Source of the DNA: a virus
Taxonomy: Duplodnaviria > Caudoviricetes
Reading direction: 5' to 3' (one strand)
Length of the DNA: 38,629 nt
IMG/VR virus record: IMGVR_UViG_3300037991_005512
Coordinates: 1 to 38,629 of that record
Part shown: piece after piece, positions 16,222 through 28,831 of the stretch
Numbering within the stretch: the stretch's first letter is position 1
Layout: each line of letters begins with the position of its first letter
Program-made: the position numbers and the translations under genes
The notes under the pieces: generated by a model
What the model saw: only the letters and a program-made list of their open reading frames with translations
What the model was told of the DNA's origin: nothing
Database searches by the model: none

Positions 16222-19200
16222 CAGGTGAATTTGTTGGTTCATCAGCAATGAATCGCGCCTGTTGTGTGGTAGAACCTTGTAGTCCTCTACCATCAGCAGG
16301 ATTACCATCGGCCGCAGTGTACCATACCTGTCCTCTCTTGTGTAATATTTTTACCTGTGCGGCATATGCCGGAGCAGAAGTGAATGTAACAACATTGGTG
16401 CTTCCATCCACAGAATAGTTGATAGTTGATCCATCCTCGCTAGTAAGCAACAATCGTTGGCCACCAATGAATATGTCTAACTCACTAGCAGAGGCTGGTG
16501 TTTGTGATAGTGTGAAAGCAACAGTGCTACCGTCACCAGTAAAGGTGTTGGTGTACACAGTGTCCACATAAGGGATGGTTTGAGTACCAGACGCATCTAC
16601 CACATCAGTGCCTGATCCATGCTCCTTAATTCCTGTTCCAAGTGTTCCACGTTTGATTTGTCCCAACGTGTTACCTGATTTTGTAAAGTATTCAATTCTC
16701 TCTTTGCCCACAAACACGACACCAGGTATGATGTTAGAAACTGTTGATCCATCAAGTCCTATCACAGTCTGCGGCGTCGCCAACACTGAACCATCGGCAA
16801 CAGTGATTTCTGTGTCATCTGTTTGCAGTGTCTGAGTGAGAGTGGTTGTGTGTGTCTTAGAAATACGTTTGTAGAAAGTCCTATTCAACATGTCTTTGAA
16901 AATTCTGAAACCAGTAGAGCCAGTCGCCGTCTGTAATGCAAAGTACATGACATCTAACCTGTCCGAAGCAGTTATCGTCTTGCCTGATATTGTTAGGACA
17001 TTGCCTGACATTGTGTAGTCATACCCTTGCGTCAATTGTTCACCATTGAACCAAACATACATGTAAGACGCATTCATAGGTGTGAAAGCCAATTCATGCA
17101 CACCACTAGGTCTGCCCTCAAGCACTTCTCTCCTAACTTTCATACCAAGTGCGTTGTTGAAAGTTGTCACCCTCATTGACCCTGCTGAGAATCCATCTGC
17201 AGTCAATTGAGTTGTGTCTAAAACTAACACTGGTGAACTTGCTACTTCGTCAATATGATAATGTTTGTCAACTAGTGTTGTTATTGCAACGATGTCTCCA
17301 GGGTTTGCAGGTGCGTTGGTGCTTACCGTTTGTGACCCTAGGTCCACAGTGTAGTTTCCTCCAGGCAGAGCACCCTCTGTTAGTTTTCTTCCGTTGTAGT
17401 GTACTTCTATCTGATTGCTGTTCGTGATCACCTTGGCAGGGTCTACCGTTGAACCATCGCTCAGCGTTGAAGCAACACCAAAAGTGAACGTGCTTCCGTC
17501 ACCCCTGTAATAAGTTGTGTCTGGACCTCTCAACACTTTGCCTTCCAATTCAACCACTGTCAGTGCGTGTAGTGGTGTCACTGATCCTGGTGGATATGTC
17601 AATGCATAGTTTGTAGTTGATCCATCGTATGTCATGTCCACTGCTCTTATCGCCGCATGACTTCTAGATGTACCCACTTTCTGGAATCCTGCTATCTGTA
17701 TAAAGTCTCCTGCACCAGGTGCCTCTACAAAAGTAATTGTGAGACTGTTAGAGAAACTACTTCCAGATGAAACAGTTTGTGTGAATGCAGTTGTTGGTAA
17801 TCCGTTCTTAGTAACATATATTTCTGAAGCCGTGGAGTCTATATTGAAATCTTCTCTGACAGACGTTGTGAATTCCACAGTTGATCCGTCACCAGTGTAT
17901 TGGTCTAATACCCTGTAGTTTGTACCTGATATTGCAAAAGTTTTTGTTGCAATCACACTTCCCACCGCTGGTGCTGACGTGAACGTTATTGTTTTTGCCC
18001 CCACGTCTACAGTGTAGTCAGCCGCACTTGAACCATCTAAAGATACTTCTTTGACTACTCCATCAACAGACACTGTTACAGAAGCAAGGGTGCCTGGATG
18101 ATCTCCGATAGAGAACGTTGTTGATCCATCGCCAACGTAAGTGTTTTCAGTAATTAACGGTACCCCCGATTCAGGTGAAGTGTAAACTTTGATGTCAACT
18201 GTGTCAAATATCTGTCCAGGTACGACTTCTTCAGGAGCATAACTTGTTGTTGATGATAAGAACTCATCACCGTCCACGTTTATGTCACTAGGTGCAGATC
18301 CCAGAGCCGATCCGTACAATCCGTCTTTGGTGAACAATCCACCTTTTATGATAGTGTCTAGTGTTCTATCATCTGTTGGTGTCAACACGCCGTCGTCGTC
18401 TGCAGGGATGAATTCAACCAATGCATTTTCAACAGGAGTGCTTGAAAGAGTGAATGTGGTTGTGCTTCCATCACCTGTGAATGTGTCTGACAATTTAACT
18501 CTTGTGCTGTCCGTAGTTGTTGTATAAACATGATACACAGTTCCCGACGTTGGAGCCGTAGTAAATGTATAGGAGTTAGTAGACCCGTCTGCAAGGAAAG
18601 GTACTGTCCTCGATAGTCCATAATTGTCCCATGGATAGTCATACCAAGCGGCGTTATCCCAACCTTGACTCTGATTGAACAACAATCCTGTGACCATTGT
18701 GCCACCATAGTCAACACCTGACATCAGTTGTGACAGTTCATTTCCTGGCATGCCATCTGTTGGCGTATAGAAACCTTTTATCCTGTCTGCCGCGTTTAGT
18801 CCTGTCTCGTCACCGTAGTATTTGTACACACTGCCAATGTTGTCATCAAAATCAGTTGTGGACGTGAATCTATTTGTTGCTTTGTAAAGTTCATTGTTGT
18901 ATCTAATTAAAGTTTTATATTCGTATGTCGTGTTACTTGCCCAGTCAACAACATCAGATGTACTTGCAATCCTATCAAATTTGATTGTTGTATCAAAATC
19001 TCTCACTAGATCATTTCCAAGATTCGCATATGCTAATGCAGGATCTGATGGAGCAGATCCATCATCCATACCACCTGTCAGTGTTACAGTAGGTGTTGTT
19101 GTGTAGCCAAAGCCAATACCAGTCACCGTGATTGCAGTGACTACACCGCCTGTCACTGTAGCGGTTGCTGTTGCAGTGGTTGAATCATCACCAGTGATAG

Positions 19201-22200
19201 TGACTGTAGGTGCTGTCTCGTATCCAGAACCTCCGTGATACACTGTAATACTTTGCACGTGTTTTCTATGATAGTCATACCATAATTGCCAAGGATACTG
19301 CGTCAGTTTCGTCTGTTCAGACGATGGGACTATGGATCTTACTTTACCAACTGTGTCATCATAGAAAGGTGGATTATCAAAATCAGTTATTACTCCATCG
19401 TGTTGCTCAGGTGCACTGTATCCTAACTTGTATTCCCTTAATTTTGTGTGGAAAGGTTTAACTTCATTTATGTAGTCTTCAATCCAACTGTCAGTTCCTA
19501 TCGTGTAAGTTTTTCTTTGATCTAACTCCCTAACCCTGTTTACTGCTTTTACAAAACTTGTTTTGAACATCCAATCAACATAAGTCTGTTCTTCTAATAC
19601 TTTCCGTAGTCCAATGAAGAATATGTTATTGTACTCAACATTCAAAGTGTTTACAAACAAGTCGTCTCTCAACGCAGTCAATATGTTTCTAGTTTCTGAA
19701 ACAGGTTCCTGGTCGAAAGTGTTGTCATCAAAATTGTCATCGCCGTCATATCCTGTTGCATCTTGTGAATAATCATAAAGTTTAGTGCTTAATTTTATTG
19801 TGCCGTTCTCTGTTCCCACGTTTGTCCACCCTGTGGCTGTTTTCATAAACAGTTTCCAACCACCTGTGTCTGCAGAAGTTACTTTAACGTGTTTTCCTAT
19901 TGCTAGATCTAAAGTGTCAAGTTCATATTCAAACGTAACCTGTTTATCTATTGGAGTGTTTTCGTCATGCACCATTTCATGGACGTCAGGATCTGTGCCG
20001 TACCAATCGGTGTATTCCCAATAGTTGGAAGTATTATATGTTTGGATTTTTGTTCTTGACCATTCCGTGCCAGCCCACTGATATATTGCCCAGTAGTTGT
20101 TCGCGGTTTCGTCCGCCTTCACTAGGTAGTTGACTGTGCCGGATATGTCCGCAGTATTGATGTAAGTTAATTCTGCATATGTGTCAACTGATGCGTCCCA
20201 CTCACCGCTCTGTGCTGTAGGAAATGGTTCCTTGGCATCTAAATTGTCTAGTCTTATTTGTCCAACCAACTGATTCTTTTTCAAGACTGTGTTCGAATAA
20301 TCTATAATTTCTTTAAGTGCCGCAAATCTATCTAGATACCAGCTCTGCCTAGGTCTAGTTTTGTTACCATACCTCTCGTTGACAGGAAGGTTTAGATCCG
20401 GCACAGTGTCGCCAGTAGTGTTCTTGCCACACAACGAGTCCCACCAACGAGACTCAATCTGCGTGCCTGGTCTGTAATCTGGATCACCTTCACGCACCAA
20501 CTTCCAGACAGAATGGGCATCTCCATCAAATGATGTTGTACGTGTATCTACGTTCAACACTATGTGACTGTTTACTAAATCATTGGTTCCAAATATAATA
20601 AATTTGTTCGTGTCTGTCACTGCGTAATACTTCAATCCAGATTTTTGCGGGTCGCTGATAAGGTTTGCCACGAATGCTGTCGTGTTCTTTCTATTAACCA
20701 CAGTGTTTGTAGGAACAGAGGCTCTGTTTTTTACCCAGAAGTAATAATAGTTTACAAATGTATCTGTGCTTGAGCTGTATCTAGATTTGATTGTATAGTT
20801 CGTAGATGCTTCTCCTGATACATTGTTAGATATCCCTACTTGTGTACCGGCTGAGTCATTCCATTCCGTAGGTGTAAGCACTGACTCTGTCCATTCATAA
20901 ACATCTATGCTTGATCCAGGAAAAGTTTTGCCCCAATTGTTATGCTTGTATTGTTGTGTATCTTGCTCATACCATAACCATTTGACCGTTGAAAGATCCC
21001 ACCATACTTCTCCGAGATGATCTTCTGCCCATGGTGTTTTTGTGTTGGCGTTTTCGCCTGTGTTGTACACTGCTGGATCCCATGGCGACTTGATGTTGAT
21101 CTCTCTGTCTGCAAGGCCTAATATTCTTCCTTTGACAGGATCATATAAATCATAGAAACTTCTGATCTGTTTTGACCTACTGTCAAAGTCAAACACCTGT
21201 CCTAACTTATCTGTGTCAACAAGTGATGTCTCAGTGGATATATTTTTCCATGCGTACACGTCATTCTCAGTGAGATCATAACAGTATACTGAACCATCAT
21301 TTGTAAGACTAGCGTTACCTTCGTCTTTGGGTGCACCAACAAAAACGTTGTTGTCTGTGATGCACACGCCTTGTCCGTAATCGTCATCAGTTGATACATT
21401 AAGTGACACTAATCTGTCATCTAAAACAAATTTGGTGTTGTACATTGTTGCTGTGTACACAGCACCGGATTGTAAATTTAAATCAACTACTGTAGTGTCT
21501 TGGAGATCAAAGGTTGTTTCACCAGAATCAAATTGCATTTCTCTACGGTTGGCAGTTCCCTCGGCGCCTATGATTAATCTGGTACCGGTATGATTAACTG
21601 ACAAAGAAGAACCAAACTTCGCACCTGTTTCTATGTCTGGCTCATTGATAGTCTGATCTAGTGTGTAGGTGTTAGTCGAACCATCTCTGTTCCACTTGTA
21701 AACGTAAACAGCACCCGAGTCAGCGGCTATTGTGCCATCAACACCTGGTGCACCAACAAAAAGTTTAGTTCCATCCTTGCTCATTGCAAGTGACTCACCA
21801 AATTGGGTGTTTATTGACGACCCGTCTGATGCCACACCTGTCAACGTCTGGACTAATGAAAATGAATTTTGTGAGCTTCCGTCACTGCTCTGTGATGTCT
21901 TAACAAATATCTCAACCTTACCTGCATTTCCTGGAGCAAGTGAACTCACCGCAAGTATGTCACCGTTGTCATTTGCTTCTATCCTGTGACCAAATCTCTG
22001 TCCCGAACCGCCGTCTGGAGCCTCTATGGTGTAGTCCTGCGTCCAAGTGTCATAAGTTGAACCGTCAGCACCAATTCCCCAAGTATACATGTATACTCTT
22101 CCTGTGTCACTGCTGTGTCCCGGTGCGGAAACAAACATGTATTTGTCTGGCGTTGACCTTGTGGAACTTGCGCCTGGCTCAGTAATTTTATGTGCCCAGC

Positions 22201-25200
22201 CAAAGTTCAAATTTTCATTAGCAGTAGATCCATCAGTAGGTGCTGTAATTGTGCTCATTATTCCGTACTTGAACGTGCTTGGATCCCAAACATAAACTTT
22301 AATCAATCCTGAATCTATTTGTCTTGTACTGCCATCGTCATCTAAAGCGTTTGTGTAAGGAGCACCTGCAACAACAAAATTTTCATCCGTGCTGATCGAC
22401 AGTGATTCCCCAAGCCTACTGGTGTTGTCATCATTCTCTGTCATCGTAGCAGTTGACTGCACAGAATACTCGGTTCCAGCAGTGCTGTCTGACCTAAACA
22501 AGAAATGTACCTCACCTTGTCCCTTGCCTGGAGCAGAAATCACAGCAGACCTTCCGTCATTACGTGCCACTATCCGGTGTCCAAAATCTTGATCAGATGT
22601 TGTTGAATTCGGAGAAAGTGTCCTAAATTCTGTGTATGGATCTTGTTTCTCATAAACACGCCATAGTCCTGAACTGTCTGAATCTGCGAAAACTTTGTCC
22701 CCTTCCAGTTTAACTTGTAGATCCTCGTCTTTGTCATTGTACACATGGTAGTCAACAAGGTCATTTACGTTATCCATCGATGACAATCTAACTGAAACAA
22801 ATTTGTAAATGTTTCCATAGGAATCCGCAGTCGAACCATCTGCAAGAGTTGGTATGAAATCAGTAGTATCTGCGTAGTCTATTATGACACTCTTGTGAGT
22901 TGGCGTGGCCTGTACTTTGTACACACCATTAAGATTCACTGCTTCGCTGTTTGATATTGCAAAGAAATCTGCTTCAGTTGTTGTAGATCCTGATGTTAAG
23001 TTATGTGATCCCGTGAATGTGATCTCAAGTTGCGTAGCATCATTTACGAGAAACAGGCTGGCTATCTTAACACCGGAATTAGTTAGCCTGTACACGTCCC
23101 AATCTTGATTACTTTTGTTTGCTATCCATATCAGGTCATTGCCCGATACCTGGTTCATGTCTAAATTCAATAGATCGTCTATAGTGAATGCCGTGTGTTG
23201 CACTTGTCCCAACTGTGGGTAACCTGCAGTCTTAAACACCTGGGTTATATCACTGTCAACTCCTTCTTTAGTGTAGTCTTTCAGTGAGAACGTGGTGCTG
23301 GCAGTGTACTCCACTGGTTTGTAGTACAAGTCGTCTTTGTACACGCCAAGAGATTTTGTGTAAGTTTTTGTTTCTGTCTGATCATCTAACAGTTCTATGC
23401 TTTGAGAATTAATGTTTACGTCTGAGTCATTCAATGTAATCTGAATGTTTTCTGTGGCATCTGTGTTTCCAAAACTTCCAGTACGTATCATCCACTCTGG
23501 ATATATGCTTAGGTCTATGTCAGAATTCTCATACTTGGCTTTAAGTAATTTGTCTATTGCCGCCTGTGTGCCTTTCTCTCGAATATAACCTTGATAAAAC
23601 TTGTATTGCGACACATCATTTACAAATAAGTTTTCGAGATAGTCTCTGTTCTGATATCCAATAAGTCTCTGTGCAAGTTGCTGTTGTGACTCATCAAAGT
23701 TGTTTGTTTCCAATTCATAGAAATCATTAAATTGTGCAATCTTGTATTCGAAATTTGGTATCAATTGTGGCGCTGGCTTTTCATTCTTGAGAGTCCAATT
23801 AGCACTGTCAAACTTGGCACTTGAGTTGTGATTTACTTTTGCCACATAGAATTTGCCTTGATACTCAATGCTGTCGCCTATCCTATAATCCGTATTAGCA
23901 GTCCAGTATGTCACCTGGGCGGCGTCGAACACAAATCCAGGTGCATAGTAATCACCATTCCATCCGCCTGTCTTCCAACCAACTAGTTTCAATCTCTGCT
24001 GTCTGAATCCAGTAAACGGATCATATATTATGTCAGAGAATACAGTTGAATTGTCAAATATTATAATGTGTTCTTTTTGCACAGTGTTAAGTGCTATGTT
24101 GTAAAGACCAACATCATCTGTTTTCAATCCAAGTTCAAAAGTTTTACCAATTCTTTTCGTTGATATCTCGTTTACATCAATCTTCCTTCCGCCTGCATCC
24201 AGCAACGAGTAATCTCCAGCAAGGTTCCTCAGTTTACCCACTGTGCTGTTATTAGTGTCAAGTTCAAATCCATCAGCGGCTGGTGAAACTGTTATCGCGG
24301 CTCCTGGTGCCCACGGCTGTGTAGTCCAGAATAAGAATTCTCTAACAGCGTTTGCCCAGTTCACAGTTTCTTTAATCTCTTTTGAAAATTTATTGAACTT
24401 GAACCCTTGCTCTTCCAAGTAGTGTCCATACCCATATAAGAAATCAGCAACATCCTGTATTGTTGTAAACACATATCCGTATGGTATAGTCTGCACTGTG
24501 TTCTGGAAATTTTTATATTGTTCAATTGTTACAGATTCTGCAACCTTGACCTTGTTTGACTTGCTTGTCTTCCTAGGATAATAAAATTTAAAATAAGGTT
24601 TGGCTGTCGAGTAACCTAGCACCCTGTAACCACCAAGAAGCGTTGAACCATCTGCACCTGCCTCGGTGTTCTTTTCTATAAGCACTCCAGAATACTGAAA
24701 ACTTTGAACTGGGTTTGATGTTCTAAACAGTATTTTGTAGTTTTCATCTGGTATGAATTTTGATCCTGAAGTAGATCCAGGAGAGACCGAATCTGTTAAA
24801 ATTTTAATATTTTCTTTGTCAGTGAATCCTCCAAGTTTGTACGCCAATTGCACATCGAGGTCTTTCATCTTGTCGTAGTAGAACGCTACAGGATCTAGAT
24901 TTTTTGAAATTATATAGTTGACAGCGTAAACTTGATAACCTGCTGTGCTATATCTAGTTGTTACTCCTGTCGTGGTGTTTGTTGACGTTTCAAGATGGTA
25001 TTTTGCTGTGGCCAATCTTGTCCTGATACCTGTGTCTGAATCGATTTGGTTCCCGGCAACGTTCGTGCTCAATCTTGATAGGTCAAAGAAATTCGCAAAG
25101 AATTTAGCCGGTTTTGTTAAGGCCAAGGTCTTAATCACAGTAAATGGATACGCACTAGATCTCCTCCAAGATGTTTCCGCGGGTGCCTGATCCCCGAACT

Positions 25201-28200
25201 TCCAATGAAGTCTTCTTCCCGGGATATCGTAGTTGTCAATTAATCCTGCCGCGATAGGATCTAACAGGTTACCAGACGCATCAACTGGTAGGTAACTTCT
25301 AATGCTTGGTTTTGCATATCTTCCTGTGGCTGTTGCTATGTCGTTCCATAAAACGTCATTACCTGCCGTGTATGGTGCAACACCATAAGTGTCATCCCAT
25401 GTGCTTGGTTTTTCAGAATGTCCCAACATCTCCCATGGTCTTGTGTGCGGGCTGTCAGTGTCATAGAATTTTTTGTATATGCCTCTCCAGTATCCAGGAA
25501 GTTTTTCGCCTGTTAACCGGTCTGTGCTTTTGGCATAATTGTATGTGAAGGGAGATCCTTCACTAAAAGTTGTGTTGTTAATGTATTGCACATTGTTCCT
25601 ACCGGCCCAAGTATAGAAATCTGCTCCCAAAACATCATCAAACTCAGTGATAGAATATTCTGTAGACTTGAATGCACTTGGTACAACATCCGATATGTCT
25701 AACAGACTTGCATCATATGAGGTCTTGATGTTATTGTAGATCCGCTTTTCAAGTTCGAGGATTAGATTATCTCTCTCGTCACCGTATGCCTTTATGATCG
25801 AACCGTCATGCTTTCTTATGACCGTAGTTGTTGTTATGTAAGTGTCGTCACTGAATGTTTCCGGTTTGAATTTTGGATACATTCCAAGTTTTGTAGGCGA
25901 AGGAGGCATGTAACTGCCAATTGTGTTCTCGTAATCTTTAATCTTGATTATGTCGCCCGCCGTCAGTGTGGCAGATATGCTAACGCTGTCGTCAGTGGAA
26001 CTGAACGTGTAATCGGTGCCATGTACCAACTGCACGTCGTTCAAATAGACATAGACTGCCCTGTTGCTCAACGTTGATAGATTGTGCTGAGAATCCAAAG
26101 CATATTCTGTTTCAGAAGAACCTTGTACCGTGTAAGTCCTTGTGGAGACGTTCTCCCCCCAACCTATCATGTCCTCGTAGTAGAAAGGGAAGCCAGAATT
26201 CCTGCCAGGTGTGATGGCTGAAATAATTTCATCAACCCTGTCAGCGGCCACTCCCTCGTAGGCAGTGCCAGTAGCGTGGGTCAAGAATGCGTTATACCAT
26301 TTTTCATACTCTTGGTTCACGTAATCTATAGATGCAATCACATTAGACTCTTGATCTATCAATCCAAAAATGCTTTGAGCTAATGGCGCCTCGTGCTGAT
26401 GTATAGTTCCTCCCTGCAACATCGCATCGGGCTTGTCCCTTAAATTTGTGTTGCCTGGTATGGCGCCTGTCAGTTCAGAATTTTTATCAAGGATGTCTGT
26501 GGTGTGCCTTAGTATCTGTCCATAAGTGAAAGTACCAACAGTTTCATTCAAGGCGTTGGTTGAAAGGTTTTCTGGAATCTCATAAATGCCTTTTCCTTCT
26601 ACCTTGACAGCACTGCTGTATCCTGCAATCCGGACCTGATCATTCACTTTTAATGCTGTAACGAACTTGACATACTTGTTTGTTGTTCCGTTCACCAAAG
26701 TGTAATCTGTCGTCAAAGCCTTTCTCACACCATTCACTAAAACTGATACTTCAAGATCTGTCAGTGCCGCAGAATTCTCAAAGAAATCAATAGGGAACAA
26801 ACTTTTCTCTGTATCGTCTACAATGATTGTCCTTACAACACGCTGTTTGCTTTCGTTGGTCCTTTTGATCCAAGCACTCTTGGAGTTGTGAGTCGTCCTA
26901 CCTGTAGTATAGTGTAAGTGTCCTTCTGCTAAATTTTTTGTTAAAACCTTGCTGTCCTCTTTATAAGTGAATGTACCTGAAGTGTGATCTGATTCAAACA
27001 CCATGTCTCCAACATTATTGATTGTGTTGTATTTGACCTTTATTCCAAGCACAGTGTCTTCCGTTGCAGTGTCAGACGTCGCAAATGCGAAAACCTTAGC
27101 ACCAGCGAATGTTGAATTTGGATATGCAGTGCCGTCATCAAACGACGTATGATTGTTGTCATACATGTTGAACAACGGTTGCTGATTTAATTCCGTTTTC
27201 TGTTGCGTGGTTTTCCATCTAGTTGTTGCCGAGTCGTAGTAGAAAGACTTGCCTTTGTTGTCTGTCCCTTGTTTTATGAAAATTGTTTCCCTATCATCTG
27301 CTGTGCCGTTAAGTTCTTCATTGAGTTGTAGTGACAAGACTGTGGAATCGCCTGCGTCTACAAAATTAGCCACGTAAATTTTATTCCTTACTTCTGGATC
27401 ATTATCTTCTGAGAACACCACCCGCATTCCATCAGTGACTGAAACACCGTCTATAATGTAACCAAACTTACCAGACACGTTAGAGAATGCGTCTTTTTGT
27501 GTTGTATCGAAGAGGTCAACAGGCGTCTTCGCTGTCGTACCTGAATTGTACAATGAAAGTCCTGCATCAAATTCTATTATGGGTCTTTTGGCCCTATCGG
27601 TCTCATCCAACACTGTTGCAGTACCATTGACTGTCGCCGTCTTCTCTATCACAGATCTATGGAACCATCTGTTGTACCTTGACCATGCATTTTGATCAAG
27701 TGAAGATCTTTTTATTGTGATGTAGTCCTTGTCTTTTGGTGTGCCGTCATCAGCATACGACTCAGGCGTTAACAGCACTGACGTGTCCGTCAAAGTGATA
27801 GAATCGCCTACACCCTCTACGTAATATTCTTTGTTTTGGTACGCTGTTGGTACTTTACTGTTTGTAAACTTGATCTTCATACCGTTTGAAAAATCAAGTG
27901 TTCTCAATTTGTAATTTTTTGCACCAATAATGTCATCTTCCACGTTGATCTGTGTTCCAGACTCAACTGTCTGTATGTGCAGTATACCATACATGTTATC
28001 ATGGTTGCCACACTGATAATACAAAGTGTCAGGTGCATCATTGGGTACAACAAATGTTACTGTGCCTTTCTCAGCACCCGCGTTGGTCACGCCCGATGAG
28101 TAAAATAAATTTGTTGAACCGTCCTTGTAGGGTTCGGTCATGATGTAGAATGGATGACCCTCCGCATCTACTGTGAACTTATACGTGTTGCCTCTGTACA

Positions 28201-28831
28201 AAATAAGTTCTGGATTTCTTTTGTCCTCTAGGTGTGAGAACTCCCAGGCCCTGCCCGAACTTCCGTCATCTACTAGTTTTGATACCTTGTACTCGACTTC
28301 TGCACCTGTGCCCACAGAATCTATCTCTATCGCATCTGGACCATTAGAAAGCCAGTAGTACTCTCTGTAGTTCACCAACTTGTCTAGGTCTATTGCAGGG
28401 TTCCAACTGTACACAGTTTCCTTGTTTAATCTATCATGGTTGTTGACCTTACCACCGAGATACTTGATCTGGTTGATGTAGTCATCATACGTACCTGTGA
28501 ACTTGACTTGGTCTTCTGGGTTGACTGAAGTTGTGTCCTTGTCTGTGTAAGTCACTGCTGGTTCTAGTTGGTACGCGAACCTGTCTCTGCTTGTTGCTGT
28601 AAGGTATCTGTCAGTGACTGTTCTTGTGTATGCGTCCTGCCTGCCTACAAAACCATCCAGTCTTTCTAGTGCACCTTTTTGCACCAGTGGATCCATTGTA
28701 CTGGCAAGGAATCTCTGGTTGGCGTCAGTCCTGTAAAAAGCGGGAAGGTGTTGCACAGTACGTCTGTACTCGTTCGTGCCCTGCTTTACAACTTCGTTGT
28801 TGGTTAATGCGTTTGTAGGATTATCTGCCAT
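16217..28831 (-). CDS. Giant multidomain baseplate wedge/adhesin protein, gp7-like (4204 aa)
   Basis: 12.6-kb uninterrupted ORF directly after gp6. N-terminal LPAFYRT...FL and internal [11 protein letters not shown] resemble gp7/P2-gpI-like wedge anchors. It contains cupredoxin-like, CBM-like, FG-GAP propeller and beta-sandwich repeat segments. Confidence 0.75.
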   Translation of the reverse strand: MADNPTNALTNNEVVKQGTNEYRRTVQHLPAFYRTDANQRFLASTMDPLVQKGALERLDGFVGRQDAYTRTVTDRYLTATSRDRFAYQLEPAVTYTDKDTTSVNPEDQVKFTGTYDDYINQIKYLGGKVNNHDRLNKETVYSWNPAIDLDKLVNYREYYWLSNGPDAIEIDSVGTGAEVEYKVSKLVDDGSSGRAWEFSHLEDKRNPELILYRGNTYKFTVDAEGHPFYIMTEPYKDGSTNLFYSSGVTNAGAEKGTVTFVVPNDAPDTLYYQCGNHDNMYGILHIQTVESGTQINVEDDIIGAKNYKLRTLDFSNGMKIKFTNSKVPTAYQNKEYYVEGVGDSITLTDTSVLLTPESYADDGTPKDKDYITIKRSSLDQNAWSRYNRWFHRSVIEKTATVNGTATVLDETDRAKRPIIEFDAGLSLYNSGTTAKTPVDLFDTTQKDAFSNVSGKFGYIIDGVSVTDGMRVVFSEDNDPEVRNKIYVANFVDAGDSTVLSLQLNEELNGTADDRETIFIKQGTDNKGKSFYYDSATTRWKTTQQKTELNQQPLFNMYDNNHTSFDDGTAYPNSTFAGAKVFAFATSDTATEDTVLGIKVKYNTINNVGDMVFESDHTSGTFTYKEDSKVLTKNLAEGHLHYTTGRTTHNSKSAWIKRTNESKQRVVRTIIVDDTEKSLFPIDFFENSAALTDLEVSVLVNGVRKALTTDYTLVNGTTNKYVKFVTALKVNDQVRIAGYSSAVKVEGKGIYEIPENLSTNALNETVGTFTYGQILRHTTDILDKNSELTGAIPGNTNLRDKPDAMLQGGTIHQHEAPLAQSIFGLIDQESNVIASIDYVNQEYEKWYNAFLTHATGTAYEGVAADRVDEIISAITPGRNSGFPFYYEDMIGWGENVSTRTYTVQGSSETEYALDSQHNLSTLSNRAVYVYLNDVQLVHGTDYTFSSTDDSVSISATLTAGDIIKIKDYENTIGSYMPPSPTKLGMYPKFKPETFSDDTYITTTTVIRKHDGSIIKAYGDERDNLILELEKRIYNNIKTSYDASLLDISDVVPSAFKSTEYSITEFDDVLGADFYTWAGRNNVQYINNTTFSEGSPFTYNYAKSTDRLTGEKLPGYWRGIYKKFYDTDSPHTRPWEMLGHSEKPSTWDDTYGVAPYTAGNDVLWNDIATATGRYAKPSIRSYLPVDASGNLLDPIAAGLIDNYDIPGRRLHWKFGDQAPAETSWRRSSAYPFTVIKTLALTKPAKFFANFFDLSRLSTNVAGNQIDSDTGIRTRLATAKYHLETSTNTTTGVTTRYSTAGYQVYAVNYIISKNLDPVAFYYDKMKDLDVQLAYKLGGFTDKENIKILTDSVSPGSTSGSKFIPDENYKILFRTSNPVQSFQYSGVLIEKNTEAGADGSTLLGGYRVLGYSTAKPYFKFYYPRKTSKSNKVKVAESVTIEQYKNFQNTVQTIPYGYVFTTIQDVADFLYGYGHYLEEQGFKFNKFSKEIKETVNWANAVREFLFWTTQPWAPGAAITVSPAADGFELDTNNSTVGKLRNLAGDYSLLDAGGRKIDVNEISTKRIGKTFELGLKTDDVGLYNIALNTVQKEHIIIFDNSTVFSDIIYDPFTGFRQQRLKLVGWKTGGWNGDYYAPGFVFDAAQVTYWTANTDYRIGDSIEYQGKFYVAKVNHNSSAKFDSANWTLKNEKPAPQLIPNFEYKIAQFNDFYELETNNFDESQQQLAQRLIGYQNRDYLENLFVNDVSQYKFYQGYIREKGTQAAIDKLLKAKYENSDIDLSIYPEWMIRTGSFGNTDATENIQITLNDSDVNINSQSIELLDDQTETKTYTKSLGVYKDDLYYKPVEYTASTTFSLKDYTKEGVDSDITQVFKTAGYPQLGQVQHTAFTIDDLLNLDMNQVSGNDLIWIANKSNQDWDVYRLTNSGVKIASLFLVNDATQLEITFTGSHNLTSGSTTTEADFFAISNSEAVNLNGVYKVQATPTHKSVIIDYADTTDFIPTLADGSTADSYGNIYKFVSVRLSSMDNVNDLVDYHVYNDKDEDLQVKLEGDKVFADSDSSGLWRVYEKQDPYTEFRTLSPNSTTSDQDFGHRIVARNDGRSAVISAPGKGQGEVHFLFRSDSTAGTEYSVQSTATMTENDDNTSRLGESLSISTDENFVVAGAPYTNALDDDGSTRQIDSGLIKVYVWDPSTFKYGIMSTITAPTDGSTANENLNFGWAHKITEPGASSTRSTPDKYMFVSAPGHSSDTGRVYMYTWGIGADGSTYDTWTQDYTIEAPDGGSGQRFGHRIEANDNGDILAVSSLAPGNAGKVEIFVKTSQSSDGSSQNSFSLVQTLTGVASDGSSINTQFGESLAMSKDGTKLFVGAPGVDGTIAADSGAVYVYKWNRDGSTNTYTLDQTINEPDIETGAKFGSSLSVNHTGTRLIIGAEGTANRREMQFDSGETTFDLQDTTVVDLNLQSGAVYTATMYNTKFVLDDRLVSLNVSTDDDYGQGVCITDNNVFVGAPKDEGNASLTNDGSVYCYDLTENDVYAWKNISTETSLVDTDKLGQVFDFDSRSKQIRSFYDLYDPVKGRILGLADREINIKSPWDPAVYNTGENANTKTPWAEDHLGEVWWDLSTVKWLWYEQDTQQYKHNNWGKTFPGSSIDVYEWTESVLTPTEWNDSAGTQVGISNNVSGEASTNYTIKSRYSSSTDTFVNYYYFWVKNRASVPTNTVVNRKNTTAFVANLISDPQKSGLKYYAVTDTNKFIIFGTNDLVNSHIVLNVDTRTTSFDGDAHSVWKLVREGDPDYRPGTQIESRWWDSLCGKNTTGDTVPDLNLPVNERYGNKTRPRQSWYLDRFAALKEIIDYSNTVLKKNQLVGQIRLDNLDAKEPFPTAQSGEWDASVDTYAELTYINTADISGTVNYLVKADETANNYWAIYQWAGTEWSRTKIQTYNTSNYWEYTDWYGTDPDVHEMVHDENTPIDKQVTFEYELDTLDLAIGKHVKVTSADTGGWKLFMKTATGWTNVGTENGTIKLSTKLYDYSQDATGYDGDDNFDDNTFDQEPVSETRNILTALRDDLFVNTLNVEYNNIFFIGLRKVLEEQTYVDWMFKTSFVKAVNRVRELDQRKTYTIGTDSWIEDYINEVKPFHTKLREYKLGYSAPEQHDGVITDFDNPPFYDDTVGKVRSIVPSSEQTKLTQYPWQLWYDYHRKHVQSITVYHGGSGYETAPTVTITGDDSTTATATATVTGGVVTAITVTGIGFGYTTTPTVTLTGGMDDGSAPSDPALAYANLGNDLVRDFDTTIKFDRIASTSDVVDWASNTTYEYKTLIRYNNELYKATNRFTSTTDFDDNIGSVYKYYGDETGLNAADRIKGFYTPTDGMPGNELSQLMSGVDYGGTMVTGLLFNQSQGWDNAAWYDYPWDNYGLSRTVPFLADGSTNSYTFTTAPTSGTVYHVYTTTTDSTRVKLSDTFTGDGSTTTFTLSSTPVENALVEFIPADDDGVLTPTDDRTLDTIIKGGLFTKDGLYGSALGSAPSDINVDGDEFLSSTTSYAPEEVVPGQIFDTVDIKVYTSPESGVPLITENTYVGDGSTTFSIGDHPGTLASVTVSVDGVVKEVSLDGSSAADYTVDVGAKTITFTSAPAVGSVIATKTFAISGTNYRVLDQYTGDGSTVEFTTSVREDFNIDSTASEIYVTKNGLPTTAFTQTVSSGSSFSNSLTITFVEAPGAGDFIQIAGFQKVGTSRSHAAIRAVDMTYDGSTTNYALTYPPGSVTPLHALTVVELEGKVLRGPDTTYYRGDGSTFTFGVASTLSDGSTVDPAKVITNSNQIEVHYNGRKLTEGALPGGNYTVDLGSQTVSTNAPANPGDIVAITTLVDKHYHIDEVASSPVLVLDTTQLTADGFSAGSMRVTTFNNALGMKVRREVLEGRPSGVHELAFTPMNASYMYVWFNGEQLTQGYDYTMSGNVLTISGKTITASDRLDVMYFALQTATGSTGFRIFKDMLNRTFYKRISKTHTTTLTQTLQTDDTEITVADGSVLATPQTVIGLDGSTVSNIIPGVVFVGKERIEYFTKSGNTLGQIKRGTLGTGIKEHGSGTDVVDASGTQTIPYVDTVYTNTFTGDGSTVAFTLSQTPASASELDIFIGGQRLLLTSEDGSTINYSVDGSTNVVTFTSAPAYAAQVKILHKRGQVWYTAADGNPADGRGLQGSTTQQARFIADEPTNSPE
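16330..18620 (-). repeat. Tandem beta-sandwich modules starting with (F/Y)xGDGST..F in the C-terminus of the giant protein
   Basis: [45 protein letters not shown] and [12 protein letters not shown], often followed by V.V.G...Y.V...ITF..AP. Boundaries approximate. Confidence 0.65.
21270..22600 (-). repeat. Seven-bladed FG-GAP (integrin-alpha-like) beta-propeller within the giant protein
   Basis: Blades DFGHRIV..SAPG, RLGESLS..GAPY, NFGWAH..SAPG, RFGHRIE..SSLAPG, QFGESLA..GAPG, KFGSSLS..GAEG and DYGQGV..GAPK, each followed by a G-x-V-type strand. Boundaries approximate. Confidence 0.7.
27975..28215 (-). other. Cupredoxin-like domain with a potential type-1 copper ligand set inside the giant protein
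   Basis: [13 protein letters not shown]...GHPFYI...TVTFVVP...[14 protein letters not shown] gives His...Cys-x2-His-x2-Met. Confidence 0.6.

Noticed and set aside
16390-28270. Recurrent DNA strings such as GTTGAACCATC / GTTGATCCATC as a DNA repeat or CRISPR-like array
   Set aside because: Spacing is irregular and the copies vary at synonymous positions; they simply encode DGST. No CRISPR array, tRNA or rRNA was recognised in the window.
16217-28831. Intein, intron or frameshift explaining the 12.6-kb ORF
   Set aside because: No Hint/intein or homing-endonuclease motifs were seen. The ORF is continuous and its length is accounted for by accreted structural domains.
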